DNA of 53,965 bases, filler included, from Circinaria calcarea (GCA_051942165.1; 2 parts of 2 records of this genome joined end to end with filler, not necessarily neighbours in it), one strand, 5' to 3'. Shown: positions 27,432-38,457, counted from the whole stretch's first letter. A program made the numbers and translations. Notes: a model not told the origin generated them from the letters alone.

Positions 27432-28210
27432 GCCCGTGAGAAACATTTCCTTCGGCAGAACATCCTAGCTAGAATTTGTTTATGATGTCTCGAGGTGATA
27501 AAGACTGCATGATGAAGATAGATGATGCCTTTTAAAGCATCAGCTACAATCTCGGGGTTCTGCGCTATGCACTTCGCTACCATGTACATTCTCACAGAAG
27601 TACCGAGTATGACTACACCAAAGTGGTTCGCGGTTATACCCATTGGGCTCTTACCCTCGTGCTGCTTGAACTCCCTTGACTTCTTCGATCGGTGCTAGCC
27701 ATGCGGGGGGTTTCTGAAGATATAACCCGCCGAACAGCAGAAATTGTTTCATCTACCATCTCTACCCCAGAAAGCGTTTAGGAAGTATCATAAATTTTTA
27801 AGCTCATGGGTCAAATGGTAGGACGCCAATTTCGGCTGATCTTTTTGCCTTTCTTTCCGGTGGGGGGTGGGTTGGGTCCCATCTCTGCCTTTGGTGGAGT
27901 TTTGATTATGTTCTTCTTGCATTTGCTTTGCTTAGAGTCCGGCCCAAGTCCGTCAAAGTTCCACCACCGACGATTTAGCGTCAAGGGGCTCCGGCAGCGC
28001 GCACGGGAAACGGAGGACCACCCTCCCCTCATTTCACACCTTGATTACAGTGTAGCTTGCTACTCGATCTTGTATCCGTACGCTCACTCTGCGCGGTTCT
28101 TTTAAATCAAACGCACGACGGCTTTCCTGTCGTACCCGTGCTTCTCCACTTGAGTGGCCACTGCGTGCGTGCGCTCGGGGAAGTAGCGATACTCATGTGT
28201 AGGTTAAAGA

Positions 28211-28335
28211 GGACAGAGGGAAAGATACGGAGTAGTGGATGTAAACAGGGGAAGTATGGACGTCGGAGGCGTGGACAAAGGGATGTGCGGACAGAGGGAA
28301 TACGGACAGCTGAAATGCGGACAGGGGACAGGGGA
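28211..28335 (+). repeat. Degenerate ~15-nt purine-rich tandem repeat (core GGACAGRGGG)
   Basis: Cores start at 28211, 28273, 28289, 28304, 28319 and 28326, with more decayed copies near 28243 and 28258. Confidence 0.6.
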
Positions 28336-28467
28336 GATAAGCAGGCACTCGAGGAAATGGATTGGTAAAGGAGGCTAGATGGGAGCATTCCGATGGCGGC
28401 AATGACGAGGTGATATCCGGCCAGGAATATGAGGAAATCAAGCTTCAAGTGTACACTTTATGCAGTT

Positions 28468-30394
28468 TTATCAAGGGTTTGGTTGCTGCCTACGTGGACG
28501 TAGGTCATGCTCACCAACCGTTGCGTGAAAGATGACTTGTGCTGATGGTCGGTTTTCCGGCACTAGTGCTGGGTGGAAGTCTTGCAAATTTTCCACTCCC
28601 GTTCTCACTCCAGACGATCTCTCTCTTTCCAGCCTGGGAAATGCAAAAAGAGACAGTACTGTAGGTCGATGTTTGAATAGCCGCAGCAATAATGAGTGCG
28701 TTCTATGAGCTGGAAGTGGCTGGGAGCCGTGGATTTGACCTTTGATGGCTCGATAGAATCAAGAGGCGATCGAGAACGACTATCAGAGCAAGGGCATATA
28801 GCCACTGTGCTTTTATTATTCAACTATCATAGACACCCAACTCCTCCCATACATGAAAGCATCACAACCTTACGACTTTTTCAACAAAACATCGCACCCG
28901 AATACAACCTACCACCCACGGCCAAATCATGCCCTATATGCGTAGCAGTCCACTCCCCATAGGCTCACGTACGCATGTTTTACCCTCATGTTTTCGGCGT
29001 TACGCCGTTCTTAAGCTGTGATGTAGTAAGGTTTGTTAAGATAGAAAGCCGACTAGATATCGGAGGTGTAGCGAACGGAAAAAAATGGGAGTTGAACCTA
29101 GCAAAGAGATACACCAACGGACGTGATACGTGACGTAAAAGCAAAAGAATGTAATATCTCGAGGGCTATGGTGCCACGGATGAGCGGTCCGGTAAGCAAC
29201 GTGGGTAAAGCAGAAACCCGGAGTGACAGTTCTTTATAGAGATTATGGTATACCGGGGAGATTGGGTGGCAAAGCTTATTGAAACCGCAACCGCCCAGTT
29301 ACTATTCCCCATTTCCAAAATCCGTATATATATATATATTTCTCTCCTAGCAGCATTCGCCAGCCAGTAGTGCTCTCTTCCGGGAAGCTGCTAGATTACC
29401 GCACCGTGCTCCCGTGGTTGCTACACTCCATGGCGTGATTGACGATATAAACCCTTAATAGCCGGAGAGTGGGCTTCGGTAGTATTCGTGCGCTTATGCG
29501 GTTGAGAGCCAGAATAACACTACCTTTATAGGAGATACAGGATGGTGGGTTCCTCTAGGGCCCATGTATGGTTTGGCGATCGGAACGCAACCGAGTTGCT
29601 CCCACACCTTCTCCTATTCATGTATGCGTATTGGCCGAACCAACAACTTGACTTCCCGACGCGAGGTAGTTTGTTGGCGTGCATGATCAAAAGGTATCAC
29701 TTGGCCACGTTCAATGGTTAGGTAGGTGGATCGACGATGAGAAAGTAAGTGATGACTTTGGAAAGAATATAGCTGAGTGAGGCTCGGTTGAAAGAGCGTC
29801 AAGGAATGAAAGCCTAGTTCTCACTGTCGCTAGCTCAGTATAGATCTCGATCATCGCACTCGAGCCTTTGATCTCTGACCCTGAGGAGTCCATTCTATCT
29901 CAACAACACATCTGCAATGGACCAAACCTTGGTATAGATAAGACAGCTTTCCAACGGTATCCACACCAACCCCCGACAAGCATGGCGAACTGATATTATT
30001 GAGACTTGTAGATAAGTTTCCTAGTTAGTGAGTTAGAAGGATATCGCAGTATGGAAGTTGATACTCTGGGCGAATCCGCTCCAAGAGTTGATTCTAGTAC
30101 ACTAATACTGCCGGCTATAGATTATATACACCACTAATAGCAAGGTATAGTAGATCCAGGCTTATAGCAATATACATCCACAGCCCAACATAACTATACA
30201 AGTTTAACGACGAATAGGAATGAAAACCTCGTGCGTGTAGATAAGGCAAATCAACCGCCTCGTTCGTCTGATAATCTGGAAATCTTGACTTTGTACTAAC
30301 GAATAATTAGTTTCTACAGACCTTAGCTGCACATAAGTATTCGACAAGAACGATTTATTACAGGCCAGTCAACTTACTCAATGTAGTTTTTTTT
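28468..30394 (+). ncRNA. Large structured non-coding RNA; candidate telomerase RNA (TER)
   Basis: No credible ORF. Many nested helices were seen by eye, e.g. 29174-29195/29396-29417, 29062-29074/29418-29429, 28999-29008/29430-29439, 28468-28481/29448-29461, 29466-29477/29885-29896 and 29458-29465/30111-30118. G-U pairs favour the + strand. Template-like repeat at 28974-28994. Boundaries are approximate. Structured-RNA status is more certain than TER identity. Confidence 0.5.
29325..29338. repeat. (TA)7 microsatellite
   Basis: Directly visible. Confidence 0.9.
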
Positions 30395-30591
30395 ATAGGA
30401 ATAGTCTATTTAGACCAGCCGGCTGGTAGTTTCTGATACACATTATGGCTGTTGGTCCCAGCAAATTGTGCCTATGTAGACGACAATTCCCTGAAGAAGC
30501 TGTCGAAGGACGAGATGATCAGATCGATTTTCATAACCATTAGAGCCACACGGAGACCTCGCTTGGAATGGGATTCCCCATTCTTATAATA

Positions 30592-31988
30592 TCAAATTGA
30601 GCTGTCCATTATATATGTCTCGAAGATTAAGCCCACGCGCTTCAATCGGTCAATGAAAGGCTGCCCCAACATTGCAGGAGTGAGTAATCCACCACCAAGG
30701 TTCTTTGCGGTGGCCCTGTCACGTAGGACGAGAATGGCCGCTTCAGCAAGTAGCACCCCTGTCAAGGAATAGAGGCTACCGTTCCAGCGTACCCTGGCAA
30801 ATGCACGTGTGCGTGATTGCGTGTCGGCGGTGGCAATAGCTCGATACTCAATGAAACTTCTCTTAGCCGCCTCCTTGGTCGGTCCTTCCCCTGGCTTATA
30901 GACACATTTCTTGAGTAGCCATCGTATTGGTGGTATGCTCAATGCAACCTTGCCAAAGGCAATAGCCAAGTGCACCGCGAAACCAACGAAGAGATTGCGT
31001 ACTCTCATATACTCACTGTATTGAAAGTGCTGGCCGTAGAAGTTGCCCTGATCCAGTAAGCCCCAAGTACGTTGGACAATAGCAACGTTTGGTCCAGATC
31101 CAAGGTTAGTGGTTAGTACACCTAGGTCGGCTATTGAACGTACACCGAAGATTTTAGTGGCCAGGGAAATTGATAGGGTTGGCTCTGTATGGGGCACTGG
31201 AGACATAGCCCAAGCCTTGGATGAATCTGATATGTGGCGAAGGCTGTAATGATCTAAGATGCCTAAAACGGTGGCTAGCGTTCCACCGGATGCCTGGCTC
31301 CTACAATCGCGTAAACGATTGGTATTCTGGCGAAATGTTGCATACTCACTTCAGCTGAACAGACGCAACGACTTCTCTTGTGCCAGCGGAGAGTTTTTCT
31401 CTTATCAATGAAGCCAATGAAAAGGCAAGCAGGTCGGAAGGAGCACTTTCAACGCCAATTTCTGGAATGATCTGGTGAAACAGATCAGTCGAGTAGCATA
31501 TTGCACGTCAACGTCTCCGACGTACAGTCGCGTTATTCGATTTCGCCGTTTGGTCATATTTCTTGATTATTTCCCACACCCATGGGGTTTCTCCGGTGCT
31601 TCATCCGGTCAGTAGGCCGATCTGGAGCCAGGGGATCGAAGGCATACACGTCTAGGTAGTGTGTCCCGTTATTTGCGCAAGCCTCTACCACTGGTGTACT
31701 GTAGCGATGGTAGGGGCCAATGGTGTTAATAAGGAGTCGTGTTTTCCTCGCCAAAGCATTCAGGTCTTCGGGAGTCAAAGAGGCGACTTCAAGGCCGGGA
31801 TGTAGTCGATCAGGATTCAAGGGCTTGATCTCGTCAAGCACGCTCGACAGCTTTGGAGCCGATCTCCCAGCGACAGCCCACTTGAGATCGGTGGGAAGAT
31901 GGGCGACGATATGTTCGGCACAGTATTTCCCAGTGTATCCAGTGGCACCAAGGAGCACGAGTTCGTATTCTCTCTGCAGAGTCGACAT
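30592..31988 (-). CDS. Saccharopine dehydrogenase-like oxidoreductase (SCCPDH family)
   Basis: Rossmann motif LLGATGYTG plus AVAGRS, NTIGPY, HYLDV|TGE, GVESAPSDL, SGGTLAT and GGGLLTPA. Several short introns, first at 31599-31647. Confidence 0.85.
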
Positions 31989-32268
31989 GATAACAGACAA
32001 GATGATCGATAGATCATACAGCAAAGCACACACCGGATGAGGTTATCAGGCAAAGCAAATCGAGCCTTTGCTGCCCTCATGACATCACTCATGATGAGGA
32101 GGCACCCGCCAGACTCCCGAGGCCCAAGTAGCAGTCCAGCCGCTAAGCCTTGTTCAAGAGAACCAACCAGCCAACTAAGCGAATGTCCCCACACATCTCC
32201 AACATCGAAACAAAGCAATCAACTTTGAAGGACTCCACTAAGAGCATACCACCCCTCTCTCTCTCAAG

Positions 32269-32778
32269 ATGACCAAGCGGACAAAGAGTATGTGCTGCCT
32301 TCGTTATTGTCGCTCCCACACACCATGCTAATGCGGAGTTCGCAGAGGTCGGCGTCACCGGTAAATATGGTACTAGGTATGCTCTCCAGAAGTGCAACCG
32401 GCTTTTCAGCATCTCCATCAACGGTACTATGAGAGCAGAAAACGGGTGGAGCTGACGAATTGCGCAAAGATATGGTGCTTCTCTTCGAAAACAAGTCAAG
32501 AAGATGGAAATCACACAACACGCGCGTTACACCTGTACCTTCTGTGGGAAAACCACGGTAAAGCGCCATTCAGTGGGCATCTGGAGTTGCAGGTCGTGCA
32601 AGAAAACTGTAGCTGGTGGCGCCTGGACCGTCTCGTGAGTTCGGAAACTTCGCTAGCAGTTGCGAGGTCGCATTGACATAGGTCAAGAATCATGCTGAAC
32701 AATTTTTCACCTAGGACGCCCGCGGCGGCTGCCACGAGATCTACGATACGTCGTTTACGAGAAATTGCAGAGGTTTAA
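32269..32778 (+). CDS. RPL43: 60S ribosomal protein eL43 (L43/L37a)
   Basis: Exons 32269-32287, 32346-32376, 32470-32634 and 32715-32778 total 279 nt (92 aa): [54 protein letters not shown]. Not recovered by the ORF track. Confidence 0.97.
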
Positions 32779-33677
32779 AGGAAGATATGGCGGGCAGATC
32801 GGCTTGGGATTTCTTAGGTTCATCGACATACTCCCCTCGGACGAATGTCGAGTCGGTAGTCTAGCGGATTTGCATCAAATCAAATTGCAAATTGTTTCCA
32901 TTCTAACATCACCTCCGTGTTGTCGTCCACGAAAGCGGAAACGACGCAGGTTGATCTTGGGAACATGTGAAGATAAAAGTCGTTCCAAGTTTAACAGGGT
33001 TAGATTGATCAAGATGTAATACGAGGATGAGGACGGGGCATCGCAAGCTATCCCTAAATCCATCTGACTGTGATCAAGTCCATCTCCGCTTGTTAAATAC
33101 TTTCGTATTGCTTCCGCGTATTCACCTTCACCTGATGGCTTTAGGCAATGGTCGATTGCCTCTGTGCTGCCTGGCGAAAGGCGTGCAAAATACTGTATCC
33201 AGACTTTTGGGGGAAACTATTAGCGCCTTGAGATGACAAAAAGTTTCGGTGAGTAGTAATCTAGCATCTCTGCTCCATACACTCGTAGATAATCATTTAT
33301 AGGTAAGTGGTTTACAAGTTCCTTTCGAAGATCATTATTGATAATTCTAGCGATGGTGAAAAGTCAACCGTTCCGTCCTCAAAATTCCCTATTTACTTTG
33401 TAAGGAATCATCTCAGAAGATTCGCAAGTCTTGACTGTGCAATGTACCTGTACTACCTCATCATTGAGGCTGGTTGATGATTCCGGTCACATTGTATGGT
33501 CAGACGTCTTCGCTCTCTTTGAGTGGTGGACTCACTAGCGTCATCTCGCTAGTCCGGTACAAAAGGCGCTCGAACATCATCTTCCATACAACCCAGAAAC
33601 CAGCAGAATCCCGTTTCCTCTCTTCATGACTCAATACAACTTCACAACGAACAACTACCTTGCTATTAGTCCTTACA

Positions 33678-35660
33678 ATGTCAGAGACGTGCATAGTTTG
33701 CCTAGGCGATCTCGGCGAAAGCGTGCACGATTTACCCCACCTAGATTCAGCTATCAAGACCGAATGCGATACAGATGAGTTCGATGGTAGCTATTCTCAC
33801 AACAATACGGCTTGTGTCTCGCCAGGAAATGGCGAGAATATCGAATTGATCGCCCACTTGCTCCCCTGCGGCCACAATCTACACGACGAGTGCCTCAAGC
33901 CCTGGGTTGAGCGGGCTAACTCTTGCCCAATATGCCGCCAAAACTTCAACCAGGTAGAGCTTAGCATCAAGCTTGGAGGTATGTCATATTGAAGCCGGTA
34001 GTTCCTTCTACCGTTAGCTAACTCATTAATATTAGGGTTGGTCATCTCCACGTACTCCGTTGCCGACCGCACCCAGGTTGCTGATGTCGATCCATCGATG
34101 ATAATTGAAGAGTTGGAGGAAGATTTTAACCCGTGTCCTGAGTGCGGCGAGGACGATAACGAAGATGTTCTTCTAATATGTGATGGCTGTAAGGCGTACT
34201 ATCATACCTATTGTATGGGCCTAGACGAGGTTCCTATGGGCAATTGGTTTTGCCGGGACTGTGAGACCCAGCGGGCCATTGAATCGGTCCGCCCACTTCA
34301 GCTTAGGTCCCACAGCCACAACTCATCTCGCCGCCGCACACGGGGTCAACAAATCCAAGCAAGGGACCGAAACCTAGCCACCGAGTCAAACTGGGCTCGT
34401 GTATGGCAAACCGTTTGGGATCGCCTTAATCTCGACCTTGACTTTCCATTTGATCACGGGTCTAGTACTCCTCAGCATAGACAAAGAACGCGCGTTAATA
34501 GAGCCACTGGGCGCGAATTCCAGCAGTGGGAGCGGAGGCTTCAAATTGCCGAACGACAAGGTGGAATAAATAGGTTCCGAGATACTGCACCTGCACTATT
34601 AGATATGTCTGTCTCTCAGCCTAGGCCCGCACCACCAGAGCCAGAGTCCAGGGAAGAGATCCTTGCTTGGAATGCCTTGGAAAAAGCGAAAGATATCTTG
34701 GCGGATCCTACCCCAAAGAGAAGTAAACACCATTCAGCTACAACGTCGCCGTCTGATGCAGGACCCGTTTCGAGGAAGAGGAAGCGTAAATCAGCTACAA
34801 GCTCGCCGACGGATGCTATTCCAGCACCCCAGCCTCAACGTCGGTTGAAGAGACCACAGACAAGGCGGGCCCATGACCTTGTAGAGTCACTGTGCGACAG
34901 CATAGCTGAGTCTTCATCATCATCGCGCCATAGGATCGTTGGAGGATCTCGCCAGCGCCGAACACCAGATCTAGGAGCTGGGGCTAACGGGCCGAGTTTC
35001 TTACAGTCACTGCTAAAGGAAGTCGAGTCATCTGCGGCACCAGACGAGAGCAAAGGTCAAGCTTTCTCACCCTTGATACTTAGTACTGTTAGTCCGCCTG
35101 ACTACTCATCACCCGGTGTATCTCCGACCACCTCCAACCACCCAAGTCCCAGGGCATTATCTGCAACTCCTCCACCATCCCTGACTGCTCGGTCAGGTTC
35201 GCCTACGCCATTAACATCGAAGGTCGAGCCAATTTACCCACCGCCAGAATTCTCTCCCGAAAGATCTCCATCATCTCCGAAGGTCCCGACACATGTACAT
35301 AATAAAGCAGTCGATCTTTGTACGCGTAGCGGAAGGGGGCCACGGTCCATCCTACCGCAGCAAACTAGTTCTAGCCCAACTCGTTCTGATGAACAATCTC
35401 CGAGTCGACCTAACATGTCATTATCAACCAAGTCGAATGTACAGAAAATGGTCAAAGATGCACTGAAGATCCCATACCATAACATGTTACTATCTAAGGA
35501 GGAATATACAGACATCAATCGCAACGTCTCGCGCATGCTCTACGACAAGATTGGAGACTCGCAGAATCTGAATGGTGATGCCAGAGAAAGTTGGCAGCGA
35601 ATGGCCAACGACGAGGTTGAGAGAGCAGTGCGCGCACTAAGACCGGCTATTGATGCATGA
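33678..35660 (+). CDS. RING-H2 and PHD finger protein (Asr1/PHRF1-like E3 ligase)
   Basis: [29 protein letters not shown] (RING), CPEC..LLICDGC..HTYC..WFCRDC (PHD), and a C-terminal helical domain. Intron 33979-34035. Confidence 0.85.
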
Positions 35661-36741
35661 CTTCCGCTTTGGGAAAATTGGAACAGGTGTTTTTGTCAAG
35701 GCCAACATTGTAGCAAGCCTGGGATTGCTTTGGAGGATGTAATCGGAGATGCTATATACCCAACATCGTTGCGACATGGATTTCCCTTTCGGGAGATTTT
35801 TCAAGAGAGACTGTAGCGGAGAGAAATTACCAGTGTTCCCAGAAAATCCTGAAAAGGTTTCAAGTACACCAGTTTGAAGCTAAGGTTATAATCATATACT
35901 GTGACCGTAGAAAGATCAAATCCTTCTTACCAGGTACTTGTTTTTATTATCAGCGCTAGGATGTTCTACATCATTAACATAGTCGAGGGCTCGGGATCTA
36001 ATCCCATGGTAGAAGGAAGATGGATTGACTTCTTGAGAAGGCGAAGAGTAAGATCTGGAAATTCGTATTCACCTCAGTTCGAGATAAAGACGGTCCAGTA
36101 ATGAAACATCGGATGCCACTCAGGTATGCTGCGAGAGCTGGTGAGAGTGTCAAAGATCGGCCTCACCCCGGTACTTGCTATGAACAATACGATCGCATGC
36201 TCTGTTGCGGATACTCAAAGGGAGCAGGGTTGAAAGCCGGGCACCAAGCAATGCACCTCTCCGCTATAGAGCCCGTTAATGCATGCTCTGAAGCGATGAT
36301 GAGTTATATGTGATGGCTAGCTAATGGAATTTCATGCTAACATGAAGGAGCAAAAGTAGTAATATACGCAGTGACTATCTAACCGTACACCTTTGAACAG
36401 AGAAGGTACCGCTAGCGAAAACAGACTGCAGGAAATCTTTCTAGGCACCACTATATGATCAATATACTGATGGAGATTTTGGAGCATTGACGATAAGGAA
36501 TGGGTGCCGTGTTTTGCGAAAGGTACGAGGGAAGCACGACGAATACTTTCCACTATCTTCTGTACGGTGGGTAGGGCTGAGGCGTCAAAAACACTAGCGC
36601 TAGTACTTTGTGATTCGCGTCTTTCTGTCGCGTAGGTGGTACCACGAATCCCAACGCCATAGATGCTCTATGGAGAGTGCGCCAATGCGAAGAGTATCAT
36701 GAGATTTGTTAGCTGACTCTTCTGACGGCGCTTAGAACGAC

Positions 36742-38457
36742 ATGCCTCGTCCAAAGCGCAGCAAGATTGCACCATCTGTGCCCATACAGCGTGTCCAAAC
36801 CTCCACCAACACAGTCAATGCAAAGGCCGTGTCTTCCCCTCAATCCTCTTTGCGCGATACGACAAATAGCGATGACAGTGAAGGACTTGTCAAAAAGAAT
36901 AAGACGGGTCTTAATCGCAACGGTGTGGCCAGGAAAGATGTTTTCATGAGCGGCGCCCTTGGTCCAGAGGATGTTGGAGGAACGCGCTCGAAACCGCTGA
37001 CTGGACGGCAACGCGTAGCCCTGTCAAGGATTGTGCGTGAAACAGATCATGTGCGAGCGATTGAAGCACTGAAGAGAAGGCGGGATGAGGCCCTGGCGAA
37101 GGAGAGTGGAGAGCAGGCCGTGGTACCGTCGTCAATGCCGGAGGTAGATGCTGTTATAGAAGCACATGCGACAAGTGAGAAGGTCGCGGAGACGAGGTCA
37201 GTGGAGAGGCAACGATCAAGCGTGGTGGCAAAAGTCCAGGCAATACCAGCAACAGAGTCTTCAATATTCGCGCTTGCAAACTTCAAGAGACGGACTAGGC
37301 AGCCCAGCATACTACAAATTGGGCGCCACGATGAACCGGATGTACCAATCCATAGCGGGGAGGAACTGGACGAATTTCAACCCGACGATGAGTCTACGCC
37401 TTTCCATCTGTCGAAATCACGGTCTCAGCTACAGAGCACACCCAGGAGCCATTTGACCTCCTCTTCCTCACAACGGTTACCAAGCAGCAGTTCTCGCAAG
37501 CGAAAGTTAACACCCCCAGATATGCAAGTTCGACAATCACAGTCGCCCTTGGTTCATTCTCCTCCCGCAGCACTTCCCACAGAAGCCCTAGTCAGGTTGC
37601 AGACTACTCTCTACGATCTACCTAACGACGAAGAAGTGCCAGAACTGGAACTTCCGTCTATGAGAACAGTTCGGGCACAGACCCCTGACGTCTGGAGCGA
37701 CACTATGGCTCCACCCCAAAGCAGTAGCCCTAGTCATGAACCCGCCCAGGCTGGCCGCTTGGTCTCTACCGCCAAAGCCAAAGTCGCCTCTGCCAGAAAA
37801 CCCGATCCCAAACAGTCTAAACGCAATCTCGCTCCGAAACCCCCTACCTCCAATCCCAAGGTCTCTAACAAGCCACACCCTTTGAAAACTATCACCACAG
37901 CCTCTCTGCAAAATCTACTCCCCCGCCGCCGACGCCGGGCACCACCACACGAAGCAAACGAGTTTGATATCCCTGGCAGCAGCGACGCTGAACTTGATAT
38001 CATAGATGTACCCGAGGATGAAGACGAGCTAAGCTCTGCCGCGCCGTTGGTAAAAAAAACAAGGGCAAAGCCTAACAACAAGGTTACTCGGGGTAAAGGG
38101 ATCAAGAAAGGGATCAAGACAGGAGTTGGCGGAAAAGCGCAGCCCAAGCACCCCATACAGTCTCTCATTACTGCGAAGTCCAAACCCAAACAGAATCCTC
38201 CGACCAAGACCTACACCCGCCGTGTATCCGACAAGGAAAACACAGCCCTCTCCGATTCCTCCTCTCTCTCCGAGATTTCCACTCCTACCGATAACGAGGA
38301 CACGGCATCTTCTCCTCTGAAACGGGCAGAGCCATCTGCCTGGAAACCGAGCAAGGAACTTAAAACACTAGCAGAGAAATTCAAAGAGGTTGATCAGTGG
38401 ACGCTGGAGTTTGAGGAGGTGACGGCCAGTAGTAGTTCGCCGCGAGATGCCAGGTAA
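36742..38457 (+). CDS. Sororin-like protein (putative cohesin regulator)
   Basis: Largely disordered 571-aa ORF with a KEN box (38233-38241) and C-terminal KFKEVDQWTLEFEEV resembling the Sororin C-terminal motif. The ORF itself is secure; the family assignment is inferred. Confidence 0.65.
   Translation: MPRPKRSKIAPSVPIQRVQTSTNTVNAKAVSSPQSSLRDTTNSDDSEGLVKKNKTGLNRNGVARKDVFMSGALGPEDVGGTRSKPLTGRQRVALSRIVRETDHVRAIEALKRRRDEALAKESGEQAVVPSSMPEVDAVIEAHATSEKVAETRSVERQRSSVVAKVQAIPATESSIFALANFKRRTRQPSILQIGRHDEPDVPIHSGEELDEFQPDDESTPFHLSKSRSQLQSTPRSHLTSSSSQRLPSSSSRKRKLTPPDMQVRQSQSPLVHSPPAALPTEALVRLQTTLYDLPNDEEVPELELPSMRTVRAQTPDVWSDTMAPPQSSSPSHEPAQAGRLVSTAKAKVASARKPDPKQSKRNLAPKPPTSNPKVSNKPHPLKTITTASLQNLLPRRRRRAPPHEANEFDIPGSSDAELDIIDVPEDEDELSSAAPLVKKTRAKPNNKVTRGKGIKKGIKTGVGGKAQPKHPIQSLITAKSKPKQNPPTKTYTRRVSDKENTALSDSSSLSEISTPTDNEDTASSPLKRAEPSAWKPSKELKTLAEKFKEVDQWTLEFEEVTASSSSPRDAR

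Noticed and set aside
27806..28962. Short ORFs on both strands (72-113 aa)
   Set aside because: No recognisable motifs, mostly non-ATG starts, and overlapping repeat or structured sequence.
29448..29458. TAAACCCTTAA as an alternative telomerase template (would give TTAAGGG or TTTAAGGG repeats)
   Set aside because: It is almost fully complementary to 28468-28481, so it is probably helical. Its alignment repeat is only 2-3 nt. Disfavoured but not excluded.
29772..29815. Hammerhead-like CTGAGTGA...GAAA
   Set aside because: The core has an extra nucleotide, GAAA does not directly follow stem II, and stems I/III do not close.
28468..30394. Group I/II intron, RNase P/MRP, SRP or rRNA identity for the structured region
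   Set aside because: I could not find group II domain V, group I P7 pairing, RNase P/MRP P4 consensus, or convincing rRNA universal motifs.
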